Shown: positions 1 to 9,894 of the stretch, in pieces
Position numbering within the stretch: position 1 is the first letter of the stretch
Layout of the letters: every line of letters begins with the position of its first letter
The notes under the pieces: generated by a model
Database searches by the model: none
What the model saw: the letters and a program-made list of their open reading frames with translations, nothing else
What the model was told of the DNA's origin: nothing
Translations under genes and position numbers: made by a program
Assembly (NCBI GenBank): GCA_963760885.1
Contig: CAVXEY010000015.1
Span: 449,785-513,784 of the forward strand
Source of the DNA: an uncultured delta proteobacterium
Lineage (GTDB): Bacteria > Desulfobacterota > Deferrimicrobia > Deferrimicrobiales > Deferrimicrobiaceae
Reading direction: 5' to 3'
Length of the DNA stretch: 64,000 bases

Positions 1-1
1 C

Positions 2-466
2 GAGCACGACGAGGACGGTCACCTGACGGAAGACCACGGCATCCGCGTCCGCATGGAGGAAAAGCGGGCGAGGAAAGAGGAGGGCCTCGCGGCGGACACG
101 CTGCCACCGCTGCTCGCGGGGCCGCCGGACGGAGAGGCGGTGCTCGTGGGGTTCGGGTCGACGAAGGGCGTGATCGCCGAAGCGCGGGAGATCCTCGCCC
201 GCGACGGCGTGTCCGTGGCCGCGGTGCACCTGCGGCAGGTATGGCCCTTCCCGACCGGCGCGATCGAGGGGATTCTGTCCCGCTACGGAACGGCGCTGAC
301 GGTGGAAAACAACCGGCGTGGCCAGCTGGCGCGGCTCATCCGGAGGGAGACGGGGCGGCAGGTCGCGGGAACGGTGTCGCGCTGCGACGGGCTGCCGTTC
401 ACGCCGGAAGCGTTGGCGCGGGAGGTCAAGGAGAGGATATGGGCGGAACGTTCGACACGGCGGTAG
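2..466 (+). CDS. korA: 2-oxoacid:ferredoxin oxidoreductase alpha subunit (KorA/PorA-like), C-terminal fragment; 5' end lies outside window
   Basis: Frame is open from the window edge (the ORF-track ATG at 53 is internal). The ...EHDEDGHLTEDHGIRV...GFGSTKGVIAEAREIL... C-terminal domain is typical of the alpha subunit. A TPP-binding beta subunit follows and overlaps by 28 nt. Confidence 0.7.
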   Translation, partial: EHDEDGHLTEDHGIRVRMEEKRARKEEGLAADTLPPLLAGPPDGEAVLVGFGSTKGVIAEAREILARDGVSVAAVHLRQVWPFPTGAIEGILSRYGTALTVENNRRGQLARLIRRETGRQVAGTVSRCDGLPFTPEALAREVKERIWAERSTRR

Positions 467-1299
467 AGAGCGCCTGGTGCCCCGGCTGCGGGAACTTCTC
501 GATCCTCACCGCGTTGAAAAAGGCGTTGGAGCGCACGGGGAAGGAAAAGCACGAGATCGTGCTGGTCTCGGGGATCGGACAGGCGGCGAAGCTCCCCCAC
601 CACGTGGACGTGAACGTCTTCAACGGCCTCCACGGGCGCGCGCTCCCCGCGGCGCTCGCCATCAAGATGGCGAACCCGTCCCTCGAGGTGGTGGTGACCA
701 GCGGGGACGGCGACATCTACGCCGAGGGGGGGAACCACTTCGTCCACAACATCCGTCGCAACCCGGACATCGCCCTTTTCGTCCACGACAACCAGGTGTA
801 CGGCCTCACCAAGGGGCAACCGTCGCCCACGAGCGATCCCGGCTGGACCGGTTCGCTGCAACGGTCGGGTGTGATCTCCGGACCCTTCCCTCCCCTCGCC
901 GTGGCGATCGCGCTCGGGTGCGGATTCGTGGCGCGGGCGCTGGCTTCGGACGTGGACCTCACGGCGGAGTTGATGTACCAGGCGATCGCCCACAAGGGGT
1001 TCGCCCTCGTCGACATCCTTCAGCCGTGCGTCACCTTCAACAAGAAGAACACGTACGAGTGGTACGGGAAGATGGCGTACCGCGTTCCGCCGGATCACGA
1101 TCCGTCGGACCGGCAGCGGGCCTTCGCCCTGTCGCTGGAATGGGAGGAGAGGATCCCGGTGGGGGTTCTCTACCGGAAGGAGCGCCCCACCTTCGAGGAG
1201 GTGCATCCGGGGGTTGGGGATCCGCCCCTGCACGCCCGGCAGACCCCCGAGGACGCGATCCGGGCGCTGATCCGGAAGCGCGTGCTCACCCTTCCGTAA
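439..1299 (+). CDS. korB: 2-oxoacid:ferredoxin oxidoreductase beta subunit (TPP-binding; KorB-like)
   Basis: ATG at 439 is preceded by GGAGAGG. The protein shows the WCPGCGNF and GDGD...N TPP-binding signatures. The ORF-track start at 241 is an upstream in-frame extension overlapping korA and was rejected. Confidence 0.8.
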   Translation: MGGTFDTAVESAWCPGCGNFSILTALKKALERTGKEKHEIVLVSGIGQAAKLPHHVDVNVFNGLHGRALPAALAIKMANPSLEVVVTSGDGDIYAEGGNHFVHNIRRNPDIALFVHDNQVYGLTKGQPSPTSDPGWTGSLQRSGVISGPFPPLAVAIALGCGFVARALASDVDLTAELMYQAIAHKGFALVDILQPCVTFNKKNTYEWYGKMAYRVPPDHDPSDRQRAFALSLEWEERIPVGVLYRKERPTFEEVHPGVGDPPLHARQTPEDAIRALIRKRVLTLP

Positions 1300-1418
1300 T
1301 ACCGTACGGAGAGGGTTCCCATCCGCGCGCGGTTTCCCTCCGTGTCCGGTACAGAACGGCCGGAAGAGGCGGGTTCCCCTCCCGGCCGCGAGACGCTGCC
1401 TCCCGTATTCTCCGTCGT

Positions 1419-2003
1419 CTATTTCGGAGGGACGGGGGCCGGCACCATGTTGCGGACGGGGGGAAGGGACTTGAGATAGGCGAATAGGACTTTCAGGTCC
1501 CTGTCGCTCGCCTGCCGGATGCTCTCCCAGGGCATCGGCGGCAGGATGGGGCGACCACCGGCCGTCTTCCCCGTTCGAAGGGAGTGGAGAAACGCTTTTT
1601 CCGTCCACGCGCCGATTCCGGTTTCCTTGTCGGGGGTGAGGTTCGACGCGAAGCTGATCCCCCAGGGACCGGCCCAACCGTTCAGGTCGTTGGTGAACAA
1701 CCCGCCCCAGGACTTCGGCCCGATGACGCCCTCCGGGACCGCGGGAACCTTCTCCGATGAAGGGAATCCCGAAAGAAGCCGCTTCGTGTCCAGCGCGGGT
1801 CCTTTCTCCGTCATGAGTTTCGGCGTGTGGCAGTCCTGGCAACCCCCGAGGGTTACCAGGTATTTTCCACGCGCCAGGGTGGCCGATTTCGGTTTTGGGG
1901 TCGACGCGGCATCCTTCGCCACCGGAGGCTCCGCCGCCAGTGCGCTCGCGACGAAACAGCATGCCAACCCCAGGACACCGATGCGTTTCCACAGCGTGTT
2001 CAT
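1419..2003 (-). CDS. monoheme c-type cytochrome (class I, c2/c550-like) with signal peptide
   Basis: Real start is the ATG at 2001-2003 (MNTLWKRIGVLGLACCFVASALA, signal peptide) with GGAGG upstream. It has a single CQDCH heme-binding motif and a C-terminal ...DLKVLFAYLKSL typical of class I cytochromes c. Confidence 0.75.
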   Translation of the reverse strand: MNTLWKRIGVLGLACCFVASALAAEPPVAKDAASTPKPKSATLARGKYLVTLGGCQDCHTPKLMTEKGPALDTKRLLSGFPSSEKVPAVPEGVIGPKSWGGLFTNDLNGWAGPWGISFASNLTPDKETGIGAWTEKAFLHSLRTGKTAGGRPILPPMPWESIRQASDRDLKVLFAYLKSLPPVRNMVPAPVPPK

Positions 2004-2423
2004 CCCCGCACCTCCTCGCGATGTCGGTTGGCCAACATCGACATGGTGTCCTCCGGCGGGGTGTCTGTCAAAATAAAATGTGCAGAGGGGTCTTGATCCG
2101 CAGGGATGGATCCTGCCAGACAGGCCGACCCGTTGGCCCCTCAACCTTCCCTTCAAACCCGATACGCGGAACCACCGCCTCCGAACGATCGGTCTATATC
2201 GACCGAATCGGAATTTCCGGTCTTCCATCTCCACCCGGATCGATTCCATGATCTCCCGGAACGATTCCAACGCGTCGCCGGTCCCGCGCATTGCCGGGCT
2301 CTCCGTTTTCTTCTAAACCGGTATCCCTCCCGACGAGACCAGGATGTTCGACGAGGGCATCGGAACTGCAGAAACTTCGCTGGTATCTCCCGCTCCCCCC
2401 GCACAATTCATGGGTTCGGCCGG

Positions 2424-2903
2424 TCACACGGCGTGGTGGATCAGCATGGGTATCCGGACCTTGCCGTTGGTTCTTTCCGCCCTGACGTTCGGCAGGACGG
2501 TCATTGCCACCTGCGGATCGATCGAGGTGACGATCACGTCGCAACATTTCTCCTCCGCCAGCTTCAGGACGCCGTGCATCGGGGATATGGACGACACGTG
2601 CACCGTTTCGCACGGGATTCCCCGTTCGGCGCACATCTTCTCCGTCGATTCCAGCGCCTCCTTCGCAAGGCGGATTTTCCTCCCCTCGGCGGCCGCCTTG
2701 GCTTCCTTCCCGGCCCTGGCCGCCCCGGGCCACTTCAGTTCGTCAAGGCCGTAGACCTTCCGGAGTTCCTGCCAGGTGAAATCTCCCGTGACGTAGGCCG
2801 CCGTCACCTTGGCGTTCAGGGATTCGGCAAGCAGCACCCCGAGGCAGGGTTCCATGGAGCAACCCTCGCAACCGTTCCTCATCAACAGGACGTTCTTGTA
2901 CAT
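2424..2903 (-). CDS. universal stress protein UspA family
   Basis: Start MYKNVLLMRNG... at the ATG 2901-2903 with GGGGGAGG upstream. The Usp-like alpha/beta fold ends ...RIPMLIHHAV. The ORF-track extension to 3149 was rejected. Confidence 0.55.
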   Translation of the reverse strand: MYKNVLLMRNGCEGCSMEPCLGVLLAESLNAKVTAAYVTGDFTWQELRKVYGLDELKWPGAARAGKEAKAAAEGRKIRLAKEALESTEKMCAERGIPCETVHVSSISPMHGVLKLAEEKCCDVIVTSIDPQVAMTVLPNVRAERTNGKVRIPMLIHHAV

Positions 2904-3239
2904 GTTCGCCTCCCCCTTCCTGCATCCCCGTTCGGGATGCGCCTGGGGTTGATCGGCGCTCGCTCGGGGCCGTTCCCACCGCGCCGGCAGAAGCGGGTCT
3001 CCGACCGCCACCCGCTTCATGCTCCTTTTGGGGGGAATTCTATGACCGGGAAAGGGACAGATAGGGGACAGGTTGCCGACCGGCCGGCACAGGGCCGCCA
3101 GGAGACCAACGGTCTCCGGCCGGTCACCACCGGGGCCGGTGGACCGCAAGGGATCGTATGAAATTCACCTATGCGGGAACCGATGCGCTGCCGGGATTTC
3201 CTCTAAATAAGAGCGGGAAAATCACCGATAAGGACTTCT

Positions 3240-4562
3240 ATGGATTCCTACCCTTTCATAATCGCCGAGATAACGCTGCTCTTCCTCGCGGTCGTTCTGT
3301 TGATCGAATACTCGATCCGCAGGCGGGAGGTGGGCAGGCAATCGGCGCAAAACCGCCGGAGGGAGCAACAGCTTGCGACGTATTCCACGGAGTTGAAAGC
3401 CCTGAACCGGATCCTCGCCCGAAAGAGCGAGATCGCGGACCAGTTTCCACGGATCACCAAGAAGTTGACGGAGAAATTCCCTTCGGCCGCATACCCCGCC
3501 ATCGCGGTTCGTTCCGCAAAGGATTTCTTCCACGCCGGGAAAATCGGATACTTCGCTCCGGCGGAGGACTCCACCGACTACACCCTCGTTGTCGGAGTGG
3601 GGTTCCCGCAGGATTGGGTGGGCAAGGTACGGATCCAATCCGACGAGGGGATCCTGGGCATGGCGTTCCAGAAGAAGATGGTCGTCTCGAGAACGGACAT
3701 GCAGTCCTCTTCCGGCCGGAGATCCTCCCGTCCTTCTCTCGAAGATCTGGAAGGGACTCCCGATTTCGTCGCGCCCGTTTTCGGGGTTTCCGGCCCCGTC
3801 GGGGCCCTTGTGCTCGCCGGCACCCCCTTCCCCCTGGAAGAGGAACGGATCAACGTGTCGATGCTGGCGGACCTCCTGTCCATGGCGATGCAGAACGCCG
3901 CACACCTGGACCCGAGCCAGGATGGAAAGTGGGCGGATCCGCTCACCGGGGTGTCCAACCGGATGTATTTCCTCCAGCGGTTCGAGAGCGAGATCCGGCG
4001 CACCGAGAACTATCGGCAGGCCCTTGCGCTCTTCATGTTCGACATCGACGAATTCAAGAAGGTCAACGACACGTACGGCCATTACGCCGGCGACGTCGTC
4101 ATCAGGAAAATGGCTGAAATCGTCCGGAAGAACACCCGCGGGTACGACCTTGTGGGGCGCTTCGGGGGCGACGAGTTCATGGTGCTCATCACGTCCACGA
4201 CCCAGGAGCGGGCGGTATCTTTCGCGGGACATCTGCGGGAGAAGATTTCCGCGACCGACATCGCGATTCCCGGGAGCGAGGCCCCGGTCCGGATCACCAT
4301 CAGCGGCGGGCTCGCGATGTTCCCCACCCACGGTCAGTCGACCACCGACCTGTTCCGGTCCGCCGACGAGGCGCTCTACGAATCGAAGCGCCAGGGAAGG
4401 AACCAGGTCCTGGTTGCGAAAACCGTCGGGCTGGACGGCGGGATCGCAACGGGAATCGATGCGGATCCGGAAACCTCGGCATCCACGGAACTTCCGGCAG
4501 ACGCAGGGTCGGATGCCGTCGTATTCCCCCTCGGGAAACTCGGTGAAGACCTGAACCCCTGA
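3240..4562 (+). CDS. membrane-anchored GAF-like/GGDEF diguanylate cyclase
   Basis: It has N-terminal TM helices and the RFGGDEFMV active-site motif, with the preceding RxxD-like region and a conserved DEALYESKRQGRN tail. Confidence 0.85.
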   Translation: MDSYPFIIAEITLLFLAVVLLIEYSIRRREVGRQSAQNRRREQQLATYSTELKALNRILARKSEIADQFPRITKKLTEKFPSAAYPAIAVRSAKDFFHAGKIGYFAPAEDSTDYTLVVGVGFPQDWVGKVRIQSDEGILGMAFQKKMVVSRTDMQSSSGRRSSRPSLEDLEGTPDFVAPVFGVSGPVGALVLAGTPFPLEEERINVSMLADLLSMAMQNAAHLDPSQDGKWADPLTGVSNRMYFLQRFESEIRRTENYRQALALFMFDIDEFKKVNDTYGHYAGDVVIRKMAEIVRKNTRGYDLVGRFGGDEFMVLITSTTQERAVSFAGHLREKISATDIAIPGSEAPVRITISGGLAMFPTHGQSTTDLFRSADEALYESKRQGRNQVLVAKTVGLDGGIATGIDADPETSASTELPADAGSDAVVFPLGKLGEDLNP

Positions 4563-4565
4563 AAT

Positions 4566-4590
4566 TCTCCGGAACCTGGCGCGGGAGAAT
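4566..4590. terminator. weak inverted repeat (TTCTCC...GGAGAA) between convergent GGDEF and malic enzyme genes; possible bidirectional terminator
   Basis: A 6-7 bp imperfect stem with a 13-nt loop lies in the 32-nt convergent gap. There is no U-tract. Confidence 0.25.
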
Positions 4591-4594
4591 GCCC

Positions 4595-6259
4595 CTAGGA
4601 CCCCGGGATGTACTCCGTATAGGTCGGGTCATACAACCGCGCTTTCAAATGCCCCATCAAGTCGTCCGGACGTTTCATTTTCGTCAGGCCGCGCCGGAAC
4701 GCCACTTCCGCGACGGCGACGCCGATCGCGATGGAGACTTCCCTGATCCGGTCGAGCCGGGGGTAGATCCGACCCATCGCGTATTCCTCCTCCGTGACCA
4801 TGCCCCCAAGCGTCTTCGCCGCCTCGAAGAACATCTCGTCGGTGACGCGAGTGGCCTCGCTGATGATCACGCCAAGCCCCACGCCGGGGAAGATGTACGA
4901 GTTGTTGCTCTGCGCCGGGACGAAGGTCTTCCCCTTGTACGTCACCGGCTCGAACGGGCTGCCGCTCGCGAATACCGCGCGCCCCTCCGACCACGTATAC
5001 GCTTCCTCGGCATTGCATTCCGACTTCGAGGTCGGGTTCGAGAGGGCGAAGATGATCGGGTGCCGGTTCCTGCGGGCCATCGCCTCGATGACCGGCCTGG
5101 TGAACATTTTCGGCGCGCCGGAAACGCCGATGATGGCCGTCGGCGCGATGGCCTCGACGGCCTGCCGGAAATCGTCGATGAACGGATGGTCGTGCGCGAA
5201 AGGCAGGTGGTGGGAAGCAAGGTCCGTGCGGCTCCTGACGATGAGCCCGTTGATGTCCACGAACCAGCATCTGCGTTTCGCTTCGGATTCCGGCATCCCC
5301 TCCGCCATGAGCCCGTTGACGATCCGCTCGCCGATGCCGATGCCGGCCTCCCCCGCGCCGAGGAACAGGAATTTCTGGTCGGTCAGCCGGTTCCCCGTGA
5401 TGCGCAGGGCGGAGTAGATCCCCGCCAGCGCGACGCTCCCGGTGCCCTGGATGTCGTCGTCGAACATGCAGGCACGGTCCTTGTATTTGTTCAGGAGACG
5501 GAAGGCGTTCGCGTTGCCGAAGTCCTCGAGCTGGATGCAGGCCTTCGGGAAAACCTCCTCCGCGGCAAGGAAGAATTCCTCAACGAGTTCGTCGTACGGT
5601 TCGCCCCGCAGGCGCGGCGAAGGATGACCTATGTAGAGAGGATCTTTCAGCAGCGCCTCGTTGTTCGTGCCGCAATCCAGCATGACGGGAAGGCATTGCG
5701 TTGGATGGATGCCCGCGCAGGCGGTGTACAGGGAGAGCTTGCCCACGGGGATGCCCATTCCGTTCGCGCCGAGGTCGCCCAGTCCGAGGATCCGCTCCCC
5801 GTCCGTGACGACGATGATGCGGATATCGTGATACGGCCAGTTGTTCAGAATCTCCCGGAAGCGGCCCTTGTTCTTGAAGGAAAGATACGCGCCCCGCGGA
5901 CGGCGGAAAATATGCCCGAATTCCATGCAACCCTGGCCCACCGTCGGGGTGTAGATGATCGGCAGCATCTCCTCGACGTTGTCCATGACCACCCGGTAGA
6001 AGAGGGTCTCCTGCCGGTCCTGGAGCGAGGCCAGGTAGATGAACTTCTCGATGTCGCTCGGCTTGCGGTGGATGTTTTCCAGAACGCGCAACACCTGCTG
6101 CTCCAGCGTGGACACGCGCGGCGGGAGCAGCCCGCGCAGGCCCAGGACGTCGCGCTCCCTTTCCGTGAAGGCGGTGCCCTTGTTGATGTGGGGATCATGC
6201 AACAGGTCGACTCCACGTTTCCCGTTCACGTGCAGATGCAGGTGGAATCCGTACGTCAT
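4595..6259 (-). CDS. maeA: NAD(P)-dependent malic enzyme (oxaloacetate-decarboxylating malate dehydrogenase)
   Basis: 554 aa, full-length. It carries malic-enzyme N-terminal and NAD-binding domain signatures (..VYTPTVG.., GAGEAGIGIG Rossmann, FNDDIQGTGSVALAG). Confidence 0.9.
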   Translation of the reverse strand: MTYGFHLHLHVNGKRGVDLLHDPHINKGTAFTERERDVLGLRGLLPPRVSTLEQQVLRVLENIHRKPSDIEKFIYLASLQDRQETLFYRVVMDNVEEMLPIIYTPTVGQGCMEFGHIFRRPRGAYLSFKNKGRFREILNNWPYHDIRIIVVTDGERILGLGDLGANGMGIPVGKLSLYTACAGIHPTQCLPVMLDCGTNNEALLKDPLYIGHPSPRLRGEPYDELVEEFFLAAEEVFPKACIQLEDFGNANAFRLLNKYKDRACMFDDDIQGTGSVALAGIYSALRITGNRLTDQKFLFLGAGEAGIGIGERIVNGLMAEGMPESEAKRRCWFVDINGLIVRSRTDLASHHLPFAHDHPFIDDFRQAVEAIAPTAIIGVSGAPKMFTRPVIEAMARRNRHPIIFALSNPTSKSECNAEEAYTWSEGRAVFASGSPFEPVTYKGKTFVPAQSNNSYIFPGVGLGVIISEATRVTDEMFFEAAKTLGGMVTEEEYAMGRIYPRLDRIREVSIAIGVAVAEVAFRRGLTKMKRPDDLMGHLKARLYDPTYTEYIPGS

Positions 6260-6361
6260 AAGGGGCCCCCTTTTTTCACCCCGCCGAAAGAGGTTGCTTG
6301 CGCGGGATGTGCGGTTCGATCCGATTTCCCATCCGGAGCACGAAGCGGGGCGGGTACTCCC

Positions 6362-7462
6362 TCATCCGGTTTTCCAGAAGTTCCCGACCTTCTCCGTCCA
6401 CATCACAATCCGGTTTCGACCTTCGCACTTCGCCTTGAACAGCGCCTGATCGCTGCGCTCGAGGAGACGTTCGATCGAATCGACGTCGGACGGACGCTCC
6501 GCGATGCCGAAACTGGCGGTCACGGAAAAGTTTCGCATTCCGGTCTGGAAACGGAGCCCCGCAACGGCGTCCCGCAACCGTTCGGCGAGAACATGCGCAC
6601 CCTTCTGGTCCGTTTCGGGGAGAAGAAAACAGAATTCCTCGCCGCCGTACCGGGCGTGCAGATCCGTGGTCCGTATCCCGCGCAGGCAGACATCCGCCAC
6701 CCCCGCGAGAACCTTGTCGCCCGCGATCCGCCCGTGGATGTCATTCACCCGCATGAGGTGATCGATATCCATCATGATGACCGAAAGCTTCAGGCGGAAA
6801 CGGAGGGAGCGTCGGAATTCGATCAGGGATGCGGCATCGAATTGCCTTCGAACGTGAAGACCGGTGAGCGCGTCGACCGTGGTGAGCTTCTCGACTTCGC
6901 CGGAAAGCCGGGCGCATTCCAAAGCGATCGCGGCTTCGTTCGCAAGCGCCTGGGCGAGCAGCGACGCGGGTTCATCGAACCGTTCCCGTTCCCGGCATTC
7001 CAGGGTGATGCACCCGATGTTCCGGGTACCCGCGCGCAGGGGGACCACCATGAATTTCCCGCTTTCGACGGGGGCGCCCGAATCGCCGACCCGCAGCCAG
7101 GACCCGGGCTCGGGAAGGAGGACGGGACGGATCGCCTCCCGGACATCCCTCTGGAAAACCGGCTGGCTGATGACGGTGGCGGCGACCGCGCACTTCCGGG
7201 AATCGCCTTTGACGCTGCGCGCGCGGAGCCCTTCCCCTTCGAGGAGGCAGACCGCGCTGCAGTCGTGCGGGACGAGACGCATCAGGAACCCTTCCAGATG
7301 CGACACGATTTCGTCGACATCCCGCCGGGAGGTGAACGCCTCGAGCGCCTGGCGCAATATTTCGATGTCGCCTCGCGCCTTTCGCTCGGCGGTTTGCGCC
7401 TTCTCGATTTCCTGCACGGGCTCCGTACGAACCCCGTCCGCCTTGTCTTCCGGTTGATCCAT
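6362..7462 (-). CDS. GAF domain-containing diguanylate cyclase (GGEEF variant)
   Basis: It has a GAF-like N-terminal region and the RYGGEEFCFLLP active site with ...ALFKAKCEGRNR. It is cytoplasmic, with no TM. Confidence 0.85.
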   Translation of the reverse strand: MDQPEDKADGVRTEPVQEIEKAQTAERKARGDIEILRQALEAFTSRRDVDEIVSHLEGFLMRLVPHDCSAVCLLEGEGLRARSVKGDSRKCAVAATVISQPVFQRDVREAIRPVLLPEPGSWLRVGDSGAPVESGKFMVVPLRAGTRNIGCITLECRERERFDEPASLLAQALANEAAIALECARLSGEVEKLTTVDALTGLHVRRQFDAASLIEFRRSLRFRLKLSVIMMDIDHLMRVNDIHGRIAGDKVLAGVADVCLRGIRTTDLHARYGGEEFCFLLPETDQKGAHVLAERLRDAVAGLRFQTGMRNFSVTASFGIAERPSDVDSIERLLERSDQALFKAKCEGRNRIVMWTEKVGNFWKTG

Positions 7463-7601
7463 TCTGGAGACATGTTCCCATATTCCACGGAAATCATAAA
7501 GATTTCCCGAACGGATGCGTCCGACCGCGACGGCGGGACCCGTGGACGGGAACGCGTATGGTAAAATTTAAATATATCCATGGATTCGAGAAGGAGGGGC
7601 C

Positions 7602-8153
7602 ATGAAGCAATATCGAATCGCCGTCGTCGTCGGCAGTCTTCGGAAAGAGTCGTTCAACCGCAAGCTTGCCAACGCCATCGCGAAGCTGGCGCCGCCCGAC
7701 TTCTCGTTCCAGCAGGTGCAGATCGGCGACCTGCCGCTCTACAACCAGGATGACGATGGGAGCCCGGCCGACTCCGTGAAGCGGCTGAAGCGCGAAATCA
7801 CCGGTTCCCAGGCCCTCCTGTTCGTCACCGCCGAATACAACCGTTCGATCCCCGGGGTGCTCAAGAACGCGATCGACCACGCCTCGCGCCCATACGGCCA
7901 GAGCGCCTGGGCGGGCAAGCCTGCCGGCGTGATCGGGATTTCGATCGGCGCCGCCGGCACCTCCATGGCGCAACAGCACCTTCGCAACGTCCTGGCGTAC
8001 CTGGACGTGCCGACGCTTGGTCAACCCGAAATTTTCCTCCAGGCGAAGGACGGGCTGTTCGATGCGGCGGGCGGCATCGGGGAGGCCAGCAAAAAATTCC
8101 TTCAGAACTGGATGGATCGGTACGTCGCCTGGGTGAAAAAACACGCCGCCTGA
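7602..8153 (+). CDS. NAD(P)H-dependent FMN reductase (ChrR/YieF-like)
   Basis: MKQYRIAVVVGSLRKESFNRKLA... matches the flavodoxin-like NADPH-dependent FMN reductase family (compare the E. coli YieF LGSLRKGSFN motif). GAGGAGGGG RBS. Confidence 0.8.
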   Translation: MKQYRIAVVVGSLRKESFNRKLANAIAKLAPPDFSFQQVQIGDLPLYNQDDDGSPADSVKRLKREITGSQALLFVTAEYNRSIPGVLKNAIDHASRPYGQSAWAGKPAGVIGISIGAAGTSMAQQHLRNVLAYLDVPTLGQPEIFLQAKDGLFDAAGGIGEASKKFLQNWMDRYVAWVKKHAA

Positions 8154-8200
8154 GACGGATCCGCGGGGAGACGCGGGAAGGGTCGGAAGGCGAGGGTTCC

Positions 8201-8794
8201 CTACGGTTTCGAAGGCCGCTTTTTCCGCAATCGGCGAAGGACTCGCCGGGCGAGGAGAGCGAACAGGACCAGGAAGAGGACCACGAGGGAAAGCGCGGCC
8301 AGGGGGTGGGTGACGACGAAGTAGCTCCCTCCCACGGTCAGGCCATCCTCGATGAAGCTGAGCAGAAGGTTGCTGAACGGTTCCGGGGACTGGTTGACGA
8401 GAAGCCGCGTCCCCGCCTTCGCGGCATGGGAGGCGAAGGCCACGCCGCCGCACAACAGGACGAAAGCGACCTCCACCGCGGGATCGAGGCGCCCGACGGC
8501 GGCGAAGGCGATCAGCGCCGCTCCGGCAGGCCGGACGAACGCGTGGATCGCATCCCAGAGCGAGTCCAGCCACGGAACCTTGTCCGCGAGGAATTCCACG
8601 GCGGCGCAGAAGCCGGCGACGGCCAGCACGTGCGGATGGGAGAGGACGGAGAGGGAAGAGAGTTCCGGCGGCAGAACGAGAAGACCGTACCGCAGGCACA
8701 GCCCCACGGTGAGCACCGTCGCGTAGAGGCGGATTCCGGCGAAGAGGGCGATCCCCGTCACCGCCCCGAGGAGGGTCAGGGCTTCCATCGTCAC
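8201..8794 (-). CDS. DUF4126 family membrane protein
   Basis: Polytopic membrane protein. Its start overlaps the stop of the upstream ABC ATPase (GTG at 8792-94 or ATG at 8786-88). Confidence 0.5.
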   Translation of the reverse strand: MTMEALTLLGAVTGIALFAGIRLYATVLTVGLCLRYGLLVLPPELSSLSVLSHPHVLAVAGFCAAVEFLADKVPWLDSLWDAIHAFVRPAGAALIAFAAVGRLDPAVEVAFVLLCGGVAFASHAAKAGTRLLVNQSPEPFSNLLLSFIEDGLTVGGSYFVVTHPLAALSLVVLFLVLFALLARRVLRRLRKKRPSKP

Positions 8795-9894
8795 TCCCCG
8801 CCTTCGGGGGTGAAAATGCTCGCGGTCTCGATGGGTAGCGCCAGGCCGACGACATCCCCTTCGTTCGGCGCTTCACCGTCCGTGAGAACCGTAAGGATCC
8901 CCCCCGCGGTTTGCACGGACACGAGCCTCTCCCGGCCGAGGTTTTCCGCCGAGACGACGATCCCGCGGAGGGCGGGAGGTCCGGGGTCCCCGGTAATCCG
9001 CACGTGCTCGGGGCGCAGGCCGAGAAGGACCCGACCGGTCGCGAGCCGCCGGACTTCCCCGACCTTTCCGGGAGGCAGGGGAATCCTTTCCTCCCCTATG
9101 CGAAGGTGCAGGAGGCCCTCCTCCTCGAAGACCCCCGCATCCAGGAGGTTCATCGGGGCGGGCCCGATGAACGACCCCGCGAAAGGCGTCCGCGGCGTCT
9201 CGTAGAGCTCCCGCGGCGTCCCGACCTGGAGAACGCGCCCCTCGCGCATGAGGGCCACCCGGTCGCCGAGGGTCATCGCCTCCGTCTGGTCGTGCGTGAC
9301 GTACAGCGTGGTCACGGCCAGTTCGCGCTGGAGGCGCTTCAACTCCGCCCGGGTTGCGGCGCGCAGGGCGGCGTCGAGGTTCGACAGCGGCTCGTCGAGA
9401 AGGAAGAGACGCGGCTTGCGGACGATCGCGCGCGCGATCGCGACCCGCTGGCGCTGGCCCCCGGAGAGCTCTCCCGGCCGCGCGCGAAGCAGTTCGCCGA
9501 TTCCGAGCATGGACGCGGCACGGGCCACCTCCGCCGTGATCGATTCCTCCTTAACCTTGGCCACGCGCAGGGGGAAGGCGATGTTCCCGAACACGTCCAG
9601 GTGCGGGTAGAGCGCGTAGCTCTGGAAGACCATCGCCACGTTGCGCTCCCTGGGGGAGACGAAGACCTTCTTCCGGGGCGCGGCCACCAGCTCGCCGTCG
9701 AACCGGATTTCCCCCGAGGAGGGCTTCAGCAACCCCGCCGCAAGGGAAAGGACCGTCGACTTTCCGCAGCCGCTGGGTCCGAGAAGGACGAACAGCTCCC
9801 CTTCGCGGACCGTCAGGTCGACCCCGCGCACCGCCGGGACCTCCCCGCGCTCCGAGACGAAGGTCTTGCCGATTCCGTGGAACGTCAGCATCAT
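8791..9894 (-). CDS. sugar ABC transporter ATP-binding protein (MalK/UgpC-like) with C-terminal TOBE/regulatory domain
   Basis: Start MMLTFHGIGK at 9894. It has Walker A GPSGCGKST, the ABC signature LSGGQRQR and Walker B LFLLDEP. It is 367 aa with the MalK-type C-terminal domain. The ORF-track 758-aa ORF is a stop-free read-through across three genes. Confidence 0.9.
   Translation of the reverse strand: MMLTFHGIGKTFVSERGEVPAVRGVDLTVREGELFVLLGPSGCGKSTVLSLAAGLLKPSSGEIRFDGELVAAPRKKVFVSPRERNVAMVFQSYALYPHLDVFGNIAFPLRVAKVKEESITAEVARAASMLGIGELLRARPGELSGGQRQRVAIARAIVRKPRLFLLDEPLSNLDAALRAATRAELKRLQRELAVTTLYVTHDQTEAMTLGDRVALMREGRVLQVGTPRELYETPRTPFAGSFIGPAPMNLLDAGVFEEEGLLHLRIGEERIPLPPGKVGEVRRLATGRVLLGLRPEHVRITGDPGPPALRGIVVSAENLGRERLVSVQTAGGILTVLTDGEAPNEGDVVGLALPIETASIFTPEGGE

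Noticed and set aside
241-1299. 352-aa ORF-track version of korB starting at 241
   Set aside because: The N-terminal 66 codons are an Arg/Gly-rich extension overlapping korA in another frame. The conserved beta-subunit sequence begins at the ATG at 439, which has an RBS.
2004-2423. Possible gene in the 420-nt gap between the cytochrome c and usp genes (ORFs 2080-2316, 2153-2404, 2106-3161)
   Set aside because: Translations are Arg/Pro-rich without motifs. The region more likely holds the cytochrome c promoter.
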